This document shows positions 28,128-37,400 of a DNA stretch of 64,000 nucleotides, in pieces (positions within the stretch are counted from its first letter, which is position 1; each line of letters opens with the position of its first letter). A program made the position numbers and the translations under genes. This DNA comes from Candidatus Woesearchaeota archaeon (GTDB lineage Archaea > Nanobdellota > Nanobdellia > SCGC-AAA011-G17 > ARS1403). Location of the stretch: assembly GCA_018302705.1 (NCBI GenBank), contig JAGVZI010000007.1:1070-65069 (forward strand), read 5' to 3'. Below the pieces are notes generated by a model. The model saw only the letters and a list, made by a program, of their open reading frames with translations. It did no database searches and was not told the origin of the DNA.

Positions 28128-28502
28128 TCAATAAGGAGCTTTAACAATAAGGCCTTTAATTTTTTTAAAATCCTTAAGATTCCGTGTTAAAATTTCCATA
28201 TTATTATGCAATGCAGTAGCTGCAATTATCGCATCGGGGAGAAGAAAATTATACTTTCTCTTTAAATCTCCTGCCAATACAGCAATGGGATTAGTAACTT
28301 CTATTTTATTCCAGCAAAAAAGAAAATGCAATAATACTTCTTTCTTTTCAGGATCATTATTCTCCGAGCCGGCAATAAGTTCTGCTTCGGTAATGGCTGA
28401 AAAAAACACATCATCTCTTTGTTGTAAAGATTCAAAAAAATCCAAAGCCGATTTAACATTTCTAAGATGATCAATAAAAATATCTGTATCGAGAAGTATC
28501 AT
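28128..28502 (-). CDS. vapC: PIN-domain toxin VapC
   Basis: ILLDTDIFID, ITEAEL, PDAIIAATA, TRNLKDF. Confidence 0.93.
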   Translation of the reverse strand: MILLDTDIFIDHLRNVKSALDFFESLQQRDDVFFSAITEAELIAGSENNDPEKKEVLLHFLFCWNKIEVTNPIAVLAGDLKRKYNFLLPDAIIAATALHNNMEILTRNLKDFKKIKGLIVKAPY

Positions 28503-28750
28503 TGCATCTCTCTTATTTCACGCTTTTTCCACTCACCCCTAATTCTCCTTTCATAAGAAAGACCATCTTCCTTCATACCTTTCCAAAGTCCTGCAGCTGC
28601 TCCAATAATTTCTCTGTCCATTTTCATAATATCAATCCGCTCACCATCAACAACAAAAAGCAATTTATCCCCTACTTTAAATCGCTTAAGCTCACGAACA
28701 TCTCTCGGAAGTGTTACTTGAAAGTTTCTTGTAATTTTTGATATTCCCAT
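28499..28750 (-). CDS. vapB: AbrB/SpoVT-type antitoxin
   Basis: SKITRNFQVTLPRDVR motif; ATGA overlap with vapC. Confidence 0.9.
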   Translation of the reverse strand: MGISKITRNFQVTLPRDVRELKRFKVGDKLLFVVDGERIDIMKMDREIIGAAAGLWKGMKEDGLSYERRIRGEWKKREIREMQ

Positions 28751-28763
28751 AGTAATTTTTACT
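28751..28763. promoter_or_regulatory. Inverted repeat AGTAA-TTT-TTACT, probable vapBC operator
   Basis: Palindrome directly abuts the antitoxin ATG. Confidence 0.5.
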
Positions 28764-28793
28764 AGGATAGTCTACTATATAAATCCTATGGTC

Positions 28794-29375
28794 TTACGGC
28801 TTCACCCAGCTGGAATTCCAGTAGCTCACATCTCCCTCATCGTCGACAACAGCAAGCAGTAAAGTTTTGCGAGTGCTGTGCGCAACTCTGTTCTTGGCAG
28901 AAAACTCATATAAAGTCAAAGTTTCAGTTTCATGCAGAGGATAAACAATCCATTTGGCATGATCATCGCCAGGCTTTATCCCCTTGTCATACACTCTAAA
29001 GTCAGCTCCGAATTTTAATGCAGTTTTTACAATATAGCCGCGCTGCCTCAAATCCCTAAAAACACAATATCGAATCCAGAAATTCTCCTCAATCTTCTCG
29101 CATATTTTCCTAAAGGCATCTATCTTGATCCCCTTTCCTTTAGCATCTTTCAATATCAGCCTTTTCCTTTCAAGCAGATGCAGAACCTCAACCAGGCTAT
29201 ATTGAATTTTATCCTCTACATATTCTCCATATCTGCTTTTATTATATAAGTCAACAGCCTCGTCTGATTTGTCAGCCAAAACCCTTTCTTTAGAAAAGAC
29301 AGCTTTAAACTTTTTTACAGTCTTCTCTTCTTCTGCTTCTTTCGCTTCCTTCTGTTCCTTCTGCTTTTTGCCCAT
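28794..29375 (-). CDS. endA: tRNA-intron endonuclease catalytic subunit (short, single-unit type)
   Basis: LRQRGYIVKTALKFGADFRVY, DDHAK, RVAHSTRK; likely ATG at 29375 (193 aa). Confidence 0.92.
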   Translation of the reverse strand: MGKKQKEQKEAKEAEEEKTVKKFKAVFSKERVLADKSDEAVDLYNKSRYGEYVEDKIQYSLVEVLHLLERKRLILKDAKGKGIKIDAFRKICEKIEENFWIRYCVFRDLRQRGYIVKTALKFGADFRVYDKGIKPGDDHAKWIVYPLHETETLTLYEFSAKNRVAHSTRKTLLLAVVDDEGDVSYWNSSWVKP

Positions 29376-29426
29376 ATCCAGTTTCCATGAAAAGGTATTT
29401 AAAACCCTTTCGGCAATATATATCTC

Positions 29427-30317
29427 ATGATAAATATTACATTCCTGGGAACCTCCTCGATGATGCCCACAAAAGAAAGAAACCACAGCTCTATTTTAAT
29501 TACTTATAAAGATCAAGGAATTCTTGTAGACTGCGGGGAAGGAACTCAAAGGCAATTAAGAATAGCAGGGATAAAACCAGGGAAAATCACGAAGCTTCTT
29601 ATCACTCATTGGCATGGCGACCATGTCCTCGGCATACCTGGCCTAATCCAAAACCTAGCAGCAAATAATTACAAAAACACATTGGAAATATACGGTCCAA
29701 GAGGGACAAAAAGATATTTAAGAAACCTGATGTCCGGAATTATTTTGCAGAAGAGGCTAAAATACGAAGTAAAAGAATTATCCTCGGGAGTTTTCTACAA
29801 AAATGATTTCACTTTAGAGGCAGCTCCTTTAGATCATCTCGCACCATGCCTTGCATACTCATTCAAAGAGAAAGACAGAAGAAAGATAAATCTGGATTAC
29901 ACAAAAAAATTCAACCTGATCAGGCACCCATTGCTGGGAAATTTGCAGAAGGGGAAAGACATAGTCTACAAGGGGAAAAAAATTTCAGCAGGAAAAGCAA
30001 CTGAATTAATTAAAGGAAAAAAAATCACAATAATAATGGACACGGCACCGACAGCCAATGCCGTCAAGATAGCAAAAAACTCAGACATATTAATTGCAGA
30101 ATCAACATGGAGCAGGGAGCTTGAAAAATTTGTAATGAAAAGAAAGCATTTAACAGCAGAGCTGGCAGCAAAAATGGCGAAGCAGTCAAATGCAAAAAAA
30201 TTAATACTAACGCATTTCTCGCAGCGCTATAAAAACATTAAAGACTTAGAATCAGAAGCAAAAAAAGTTTTCAAGAATACAGTATTAGCAGAAGACTTCA
30301 TGACCGTAACCATTTAG
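29427..30317 (+). CDS. rnz: Ribonuclease Z
   Basis: DCGEGTQRQ, THWHGDH, HLT, LTHFSQRY. Confidence 0.95.
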   Translation: MINITFLGTSSMMPTKERNHSSILITYKDQGILVDCGEGTQRQLRIAGIKPGKITKLLITHWHGDHVLGIPGLIQNLAANNYKNTLEIYGPRGTKRYLRNLMSGIILQKRLKYEVKELSSGVFYKNDFTLEAAPLDHLAPCLAYSFKEKDRRKINLDYTKKFNLIRHPLLGNLQKGKDIVYKGKKISAGKATELIKGKKITIIMDTAPTANAVKIAKNSDILIAESTWSRELEKFVMKRKHLTAELAAKMAKQSNAKKLILTHFSQRYKNIKDLESEAKKVFKNTVLAEDFMTVTI

Positions 30318-30319
30318 CT

Positions 30320-30694
30320 TTAGCCCTGCACATATTTCTTCCCGTTCTTCAGGCATTCCTCAGCTTTCCCCAGTTCGTATCCGATGTAGGCAGCATGGTC
30401 TTTTGAATTTATTAAATTCTCTTTTAAGATAAATTTGAACAAGTCAATCGCCCTCCTGCCTCTAAAAATTTTAGTCATCACGTTTCCATATTCGACAAGG
30501 CCAACATAAATCCACTCTTCTTCAACCTCAAAAAGAAAATATCCGTTCTTATCGAGCTCAAGATGATCCTCGTTCCATCTTTCAACCTCGATAACGTCCT
30601 CGGTTTTAATCAGGATGGGCTTATCCCCGCATCTCTCATAATTTGGATTTCCCTCAATCCTCCTGTTCTTAATTGCATCAGAAATCTTTCCCAT
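30320..30694 (-). CDS. DUF4346-like domain protein
   Basis: DKNGYFL and DHAAYIGYELGKAE...KYVQ motifs. Confidence 0.75.
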   Translation of the reverse strand: MGKISDAIKNRRIEGNPNYERCGDKPILIKTEDVIEVERWNEDHLELDKNGYFLFEVEEEWIYVGLVEYGNVMTKIFRGRRAIDLFKFILKENLINSKDHAAYIGYELGKAEECLKNGKKYVQG

Positions 30695-30740
30695 TTTATA
30701 AAATAATTTCAACAAAGATTTTCAGTATAGGCTTATTAAT

Positions 30741-31664
30741 TTATCCTCTGCCTATTTTCTTCTTCACTTTCTCGTCTAATTTTAATTTCTTTAATAACTC
30801 CTTATACCTGTTTCTGATTGTTACTTCAGTAACGCCGGCGACGTCGGCAACCTCTCGCTGCGTTCTCTTCTCATTGTTCATTAAAGCAGCAACATACAAA
30901 GAGGCAGCAGCAATCCCGGTAGGCCCTCTTCCAGAAGTTAGCTCAGAATTTTGCGCCTTCTCCAAGATTTCAACAGCCCTTGACTGGGTTTCCGCATTCA
31001 GCTTCAACGCAGATGCAAATCTAGCTAAGTAATCAACGGGGTTGCTCGGCAATATCCTAATCCCCAATTCTCTTGTAACAAATCTGTAAGTTCTTCCAAT
31101 TTCTTTTTTATCTATTCCACTAGCCTCGCTTAATTCATCAAGCGTCCTAGGAACCTCATGCCTTCTGCAAGCAGCATACAAAGCTCCAGCAACAACGCTC
31201 TCCATGCTTCTTCCTCTAACTAATCCCCTTTGAACAGCAAGTGTATAAATTCTAGCTGATTCCTCTTCAACAGCCTTTGGTAATTTCAAATAACTAGAAA
31301 CTCTTTTTAATTCCGCAAGTGCTAATTTTAAATTTCTTTCAATCGCGGTAGAAATCCTGTATTGCCACTTTCTTAATCTGAAAAATCTATTCCTTTCCTT
31401 CCCGCCAAGTTGGTAAATATCGCTTTTCTTCCCAACATCCGTTCCCAATCCTCTATCGAATTTCGTATACGTCATAGGTCCGCCAGTTCTTCTTCTAGAA
31501 GTAGCTTGCTCATGGTCAAACTCTCTCCATTCCTGCCCGAAATCAACCATCTTCTCCTCGATTACTAGCCCGCAGTCTCTGCAATGAACTTCTCCTCTCT
31601 CTTTATCAAGAACAAGATTAATGCCTTCGCATTCAGGACATTTTTTCACATAGCTGACAGCCAT
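30741..31664 (-). CDS. tfb: Transcription initiation factor IIB
   Basis: CPEC...CRDCG zinc ribbon, EWREF, two cyclin repeats, TIRNRYKEL. Confidence 0.96.
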   Translation of the reverse strand: MAVSYVKKCPECEGINLVLDKERGEVHCRDCGLVIEEKMVDFGQEWREFDHEQATSRRRTGGPMTYTKFDRGLGTDVGKKSDIYQLGGKERNRFFRLRKWQYRISTAIERNLKLALAELKRVSSYLKLPKAVEEESARIYTLAVQRGLVRGRSMESVVAGALYAACRRHEVPRTLDELSEASGIDKKEIGRTYRFVTRELGIRILPSNPVDYLARFASALKLNAETQSRAVEILEKAQNSELTSGRGPTGIAAASLYVAALMNNEKRTQREVADVAGVTEVTIRNRYKELLKKLKLDEKVKKKIGRG

Positions 31665-31818
31665 TTCCAAACCCCCTATTCAACTATAACAAACTTTATA
31701 AATAGAAACAAAAAGTAGTATATAAAGATTATCATTTTTATAGGTAGCATATTCACTACATCATGATAATAAAATACTTTGCATAATATAAAGATTTAAG
31801 TCAAAGAGAATTAAAAAA

Positions 31819-32190
31819 TTATTTAACCAAAATAGCATTGATAAATCCTTCTTGCCCTGGTCTATTCACGACTCTTGCATCACCAATCTCAGTTCTAATG
31901 ATAGCACCTTTAGTTATAACATTCCTTCTGATGAAGTGCCTGTTAGCTTTATTGTCAACAACGCTTAGAATTTTAACTTTATTATGCTTATTTCCGTCAA
32001 AGACATTTGCCTCCTCTGCTCTGACAATGCTTCTTTTTATATCCCCCCCTACACCCCGATAAATATTAACCTTCTTCTTTCCGATTAAAGTGTATAATGG
32101 GTCTCTTCCAACCTCTCTCAGTTTCTTCTTCCTGATAGCCTTATATCTTCCCCCGCTTGCTTTCCTCTTAGATCTAAACTGGCTCTTCAT
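31819..32190 (-). CDS. rps8e: 30S ribosomal protein S8e
   Basis: RKASGGRY, ITKGAII, NRPGQEG. Confidence 0.95.
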   Translation of the reverse strand: MKSQFRSKRKASGGRYKAIRKKKLREVGRDPLYTLIGKKKVNIYRGVGGDIKRSIVRAEEANVFDGNKHNKVKILSVVDNKANRHFIRRNVITKGAIIRTEIGDARVVNRPGQEGFINAILVK

Positions 32191-32276
32191 AAAATAAAAA
32201 ACAAAAGGAGAGGCTTATAAAACTTATGGTAACCTTTAAATAGATTCATATGAAAAATAAAGGGGAGGAAATCACA

Positions 32277-32507
32277 ATGGAATCTAATTCAAGACCATTA
32301 GACACACTAAATAAAGCACGCGACAAGAAAGTAATAATAGAGTTGAAAAATGGAAAGCAAATCCGGGGCACACTAATTGCATTTGATATTCATATAAATA
32401 TAGTTTTGGAGGATGCAGAAGAATACCAAGACAATGAGCTGAAAAGAAAATTTGGCTCTACATTTATCCGCGGAGATACAATAATTCTAATCTCCCCTTC
32501 TGAATAA
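32277..32507 (+). CDS. Sm-like (Lsm/SmAP) RNA-binding protein
   Basis: RPLDTL, FDIHINIVL, FIRGD; upstream of rpl37e as usual in archaea. Confidence 0.93.
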   Translation: MESNSRPLDTLNKARDKKVIIELKNGKQIRGTLIAFDIHINIVLEDAEEYQDNELKRKFGSTFIRGDTIILISPSE

Positions 32508-32508
32508 G

Positions 32509-32676
32509 ATGACAAAAGGCACTCCTTCAATGGGGAAAAAATCAGGGAAGAAAAGCCATATCAGATGCAGAAGGTGCGGCAGCCATAGCTATCATATCAG
32601 GAAAAAACGCTGCTCTCATTGCGGTTACAGGAAATCTTCAAGATTAAGAAAATATTCCTGGCAGAAAAAGAAATAG
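32509..32676 (+). CDS. rpl37e: 50S ribosomal protein L37e
   Basis: Not in ORF track; MTKGTPSMGK...CRRCG...CSHCGY. Confidence 0.95.
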   Translation: MTKGTPSMGKKSGKKSHIRCRRCGSHSYHIRKKRCSHCGYRKSSRLRKYSWQKKK

Positions 32677-33472
32677 CTTTTTATATTTTTACTTCTAAAT
32701 TGCTCTGATGGATTTTCTTAATAAGAATACAATAAAACTGGATAAGGAGCTAAATGAACTTGACAAATTTGTATTGGATTTTGTAAAAATTCTGGAAAAA
32801 CATGTAGATTATGTGATTATAAGTGGTTATGTTTCGCTGCTTTTCGGAAGGGCAAGAGGAACAGAGGATATAGATATTTTCATAAAAGAGATAGATGAAA
32901 AGGATTTTATAAGGTTATTTCAGGATTTGGAAAAAAAATACTGGTGCCTGAACAGCGACGATGTAAGTGAAATCTACGACTATCTAAAGGACGGATTTCC
33001 AATAAGAATCGCGATTCAAGACCAGACAATTCCCAACTTTGAAATAAAACTTGCTAAAACATTGCTGGATAAAGAAGCATTCAAAGATTCAATAAAGGTG
33101 AAAACAAAACTGGGGGAAATGAAAATATCTTCTTTGGAAAGGCAGATTGCATTCAAGAGATATTATCTAAAATCGGACAAGGATCTTGAAGACGCAAGGC
33201 ATATAGAAAGATTATTTAAGGAGAGCATAGATCATAATAAATTAGAAGGATATAGAAGGTTGATTGAAAATGCAAAATCTTAAGCCAGAAAAGGATAATA
33301 AAAAGGGAAGAATGAGCTTCGTGGAATACTGGGCAGACTTTGTAAAAAATAATCCTGACAGGGTATGGAGCAGACAGCAAAAACTGCTGATTAACAGCCA
33401 AATAAAAAACGCGCAGAATTTTAGGTTATCAAAAAAAGATTACCTTGAACTAAAAAAAGAAATAGCTTTTTA
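32665..33472. repeat. 19-bp perfect direct repeat AAAAAGAAATAGCTTTTTA at 32665..32683 and 33454..33472
   Basis: Identical copies flank the two-gene module 32708..33473. Confidence 0.8.
32708..33283 (+). CDS. Nucleotidyltransferase-fold protein (putative toxin or antitoxin)
   Basis: ISGYVSLLFGRARGTEDIDIF (G...DxD); KDLEDA near the C-terminus. Confidence 0.7.
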   Translation: MDFLNKNTIKLDKELNELDKFVLDFVKILEKHVDYVIISGYVSLLFGRARGTEDIDIFIKEIDEKDFIRLFQDLEKKYWCLNSDDVSEIYDYLKDGFPIRIAIQDQTIPNFEIKLAKTLLDKEAFKDSIKVKTKLGEMKISSLERQIAFKRYYLKSDKDLEDARHIERLFKESIDHNKLEGYRRLIENAKS

Positions 33473-33473
33473 A
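33270..33473 (+). CDS. Small partner protein of the nucleotidyltransferase
   Basis: 67 aa, overlaps the upstream gene; FVEYWADFV...WSRQQ. Confidence 0.6.
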   Translation: MQNLKPEKDNKKGRMSFVEYWADFVKNNPDRVWSRQQKLLINSQIKNAQNFRLSKKDYLELKKEIAF

Positions 33474-33525
33474 AACAGCTAATCCTCTATCTTTTTGTCC
33501 TTACCTTTTCCTAAAAGGTAAGAAT

Positions 33526-33676
33526 GCGGGGATGCCGGAGTGGTCAAACACGAAAAACACAGAAGTGGACCTAACGGGCTAGGTTCAGGAAGAAAAAAAG
33601 AAGGCTGAGCTTAGGCCTACGCTGTGAGAAACCTAGTGGCTTAGTGCCTTCGCAGGTTCGAATCCTGTTCCCCGCA
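33526..33676 (+). tRNA. tRNA-Leu(CAG) with introns at 21/22 (33548..33573) and 37/38 (33590..33630)
   Basis: Removing both gives an 84-nt type II tRNA: acceptor GCGGGGA/TCCCCGC, D stem CCG/CGG, anticodon arm CTAGG-TTCAGGA-CCTAG. Confidence 0.88.
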
Positions 33677-34420
33677 AATCATTATCAAAAAAATCCTAAA
33701 CCACACAAAAATAAAAACTCCTAAAAAACTTCCGAGCAAGGAAATCAGCCAGTTGTTAAAAAGCTCGACAAGGTAGGAGCTGGCAAAAAGTAAAGCCCAT
33801 AATGATAAAAAGCTGGGAATAAAAATATAAAATTTCTTTACCGCCAATTTTATCCCTTTCAAAAAAGAATTAAGCACCTTATTATCAAGAGAAAAGTAGC
33901 TGAGATTAATCCAAACAAAGTAAAAAAACAAAATTAAAACCGCAGCAAACCTTCCATAACTAAACCCATATCTATAAAGTAGATAAAATGCACCGGCAAA
34001 AACCAAAAACCAGATTAGAGTAAGCAGGTAAAAATTCAGAAAGTATTTCAGATTATAGTCATGAAGCAGTTTTTTCTTATCAACAATGTTGGCACTCCAT
34101 TTCCAGAGAATGCCGTGAAAGAACCCGAAAAGAACAAAAGTAATTGCAAAAAACAAAATGGCAATTCTAAAAATCTTGCTCAGCAGCTCAGAAAGATAAA
34201 CCAAGCTCCTATATATATAGCCTGCATCAGCCCCTTCTTCAACAACGAATTCATCCTGGAAAGTTCTCAGTTCATTCATCTTTTCAGAGGCAGAAGTAAT
34301 GCTAACCATGGCGCTAACTGCCATCAACAGGAAGAATAAAAACTCCAATCCATATACGGCAAGAATCTTCTTATTATTCAATATTTTCCAGCTTTCCAGA
34401 AATAATTTTAAAAATTTCAT
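33641..34420 (-). CDS. Polytopic membrane protein (about 6 TM)
   Basis: Hydrophobic segments throughout; last codons overlap the tRNA-Leu 3' end antisense. Confidence 0.75.
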   Translation of the reverse strand: MKFLKLFLESWKILNNKKILAVYGLEFLFFLLMAVSAMVSITSASEKMNELRTFQDEFVVEEGADAGYIYRSLVYLSELLSKIFRIAILFFAITFVLFGFFHGILWKWSANIVDKKKLLHDYNLKYFLNFYLLTLIWFLVFAGAFYLLYRYGFSYGRFAAVLILFFYFVWINLSYFSLDNKVLNSFLKGIKLAVKKFYIFIPSFLSLWALLFASSYLVELFNNWLISLLGSFLGVFIFVWFRIFLIMICGEQDSNLRRH

Positions 34421-34427
34421 ATTAAGT

Positions 34428-37400
34428 TTATGTCGAAGCAACAGCGGTTAATTCTCTTCTCCAGGCTTCTGCATGTCCTAAAACAGCAGGAACATAATTC
34501 TGCGTTTCAGATGGCAATGAAGATTTGCATTCATTAAAAGGTTTACTTTGACATTTGCTATTAACCTTAGTTGGTCCAGCATTGTAAGCAGCCAGAGCTA
34601 ATTCAATGCTTTTATATTTGTCAAGCTGAATTTTGAAATACCTCACTCCAATGTAAACATTATCCTTCCAATTTGAACGGGATTTCTCTGGTGCAAATGG
34701 ATTTTCTGCAATTAATTCTAAGTTAACATCGGCCTCAGCATCGGGCATTATCTGCATCAATCCAACTGCCCCTGCTGGAGATCTTGCTTGTTTATTTCCT
34801 CCAGATTCTTGAGTAATCATTCCCAAAATCAAAGGCAATGCATTCTCATTTCCAAAAACCTCATTCACAGTATTCTTAATATAAACATAAGTTTCACCAC
34901 CAGGATTTTTAGTTTCTGTAAAAACCCCCCCAACTGTAGGTTCAGTAGAATACTCTTCTTGAATTTCAGGTGTAACAGGTTGGGCTGGGGCCGCAGGAGT
35001 AGCTACTGCAGGAATTACCTCTTTTCTAAGCACACATCTCCCATCCTGGCAGGCACTTCCTTCAGGGCAAAACACAGTCTCGGCAACACATTGTTCGCTT
35101 ACGCAAGAATACTCAATCAATTTTCTATCGCCATCGCTCCCGCAAGCCTCTCTCTCAACTTTAACACCGTTATCAGTATATATGCAAGCCTGTTTCTTTC
35201 CAATGTCTCTTCCGCCAAAGTCATTGCATCCGGAAAATGCAGGATCGTAAATCACAATGCTTTTTTCTTTTATTGAATTCGTAGTTCTGCTAGTCGCATC
35301 AGTGCATATCTGATCGCTCAAAGTTCCGCTTTTAATCAGGCTGAATTTTAGATTGTATTGATCCGTAGGAGGAACATCAACCCCGATTCTTGCTTCAGGA
35401 ATATTCCACACATTGAAATTAAGCCCGTCTTCAATATCATGCGCAATAAACCTCTTAGTTTCTCTAAAGCCACTGGCCCTGCCAAGGATTTCAACCTTGA
35501 TTTCAACATCTTTCTCAGGCCTTTCTATATCAATTAGATTTTCATTAACAACCTCTATCTTGTCGCCATATTTATATGCAGGAATATCAGAGCTAGCACC
35601 TTTAAAAGTAATATCCTTATTAAACACAGCCCTGCAATCACTCTTAACAGTTTCGCTGCTATAAGCAGTTCCTAAATCAGCAACATTAGGATCAGTTCCC
35701 TCTCTAAACTCCCTTACATTCGTTCTTCCATCTCTGTCATTATCTAGCAGGGCATCGTTTGCATCATTAGGATTCAACTTATTAGCATTCTCCCAATCAT
35801 CACTCATTCCATCTTTGTCAGCATCAGCAAAGTCATCCTCACCATATCCAGTAAGCTCTGCTATTATTCCGCTTCCTCCTCTTCCAGGAGGGAAGCAATC
35901 CTCTTTGGCTTCACTAGGAATATTAACGCAAGCCTCTGTGTAATCAACTTTATCCAAAAACTGCAGATACCCGCTGTCATGATCTCCTGCTCTGTCAAGG
36001 AAGATTTCTTTATTTAATAATTGGCTTCTTCCCCCGCCGGGATTCTTTAAATAAATCTCATACCTCATATTATCCCTTCCAGCCAATATCATCCAGTCAA
36101 TTTGGTATTCAAACACAGGCTCCTTCAATGGAGTTATATGACTCACTTTGGAATTCCAGTTAATGGAAACACTAGTCCCGATAAAGGGCCTGTTCAAATC
36201 AAAGTTTGCAAAAGTATCAATATTAGGAAGCCTTTTGTATATTGCCAATGAGCAGATAGTTTTAATAATCGGCAGTTCTGCATATCCAACACCGCCGCCA
36301 GCCCCGGTCCTGGCAAGCTCAGCCAAATCTCCTCGAGCAAATTCCTTGGCATCATCCTTGCCTTGCTTAGCAGCCCCCTTTAAACTGTCAGCTTCCCTTG
36401 CCTCCAAAAGCGAACCTTCGATTCCAGCTCCACCTAAGTTATTAGCAGATCCACTCCCAAACAATTTACCAAAAGCCTTTTTAATAAAACTAGTCCCGAA
36501 GAAAGCCTCTACTTCTTGTGTAACAAAAGTACAAATTCCATAATTCAATAATCTATCGCACTGCCCGGTAAATTTTCTTCCAGCCCTGGCATCATTCAAG
36601 CAGAAATTCCATTCCTGAGCAATCGCTCTTAGCTGATATAATTTAGTTAATATCCCACTAATGCAACCGCAACCAACACTCAAAAGCAAACTATCTTGGA
36701 TTCTCGTTGCTCCTTGTCCAAAAGTTATTGGTTGATTAATATTCTTCGGAATTCTTCTATCAGTTCCAGAAACAGTTTTTATTTCCCCCTTCTCATTCGT
36801 CTCCCAAACAGGCGTTTCCTTAATCCCGTCATTGTCCAAATCTAGTTTCTCCTGAATCTCCTCGGTTCCAATTTGAATATTCGCAACCCTGCACCAGTTC
36901 TTAGGGCAGACAGCAACAGCGCACATGCTCCTTCCAGAAATTACAAAGCTATTGCTTTCGCTCCTGCCTCTAGTTGTAAATGCAACCCCCCTCAAACCCT
37001 TAGGTCCGTACCAAATAAAATCAGCAAGGTCAAAAAAATTGCCTGCAAAATACTTTATTATCGGAGTAGCGAGCTTAGCAGCAAAAACAGCAGCAATGGA
37101 ATAAACGCACAGTTGAAAAGTAAGGCTGAATGCTTTTTCAAATTTAGGAATTAAATCCTCTGTGAATTTTATAATGTCTTCAGATAATTCAAGCCCGGCA
37201 TCAAGCGCAAATTCAGGAGGCTGCACAGCAACAGTGTCTATCGGAATATTAATAGTTATTTGATCTATTTCAGTCGGATATACAGGATCACAGCCAATCT
37301 TCTTCCCATTTTCATCTCTTTTAACTATGCATTGATTAGTCCTGACAGTGCAAGTAGTTTCAATCTCATCAATCCCGCTTATCCTGTCAGAAGGCAAAGA

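Noticed and set aside
33590-33630. Nested third intron in tRNA-Leu (second TGAG and AGGC/GCCT hairpin)
   Set aside because: No convincing bulge-helix-bulge geometry; a single 41-nt intron gives a correct tRNA
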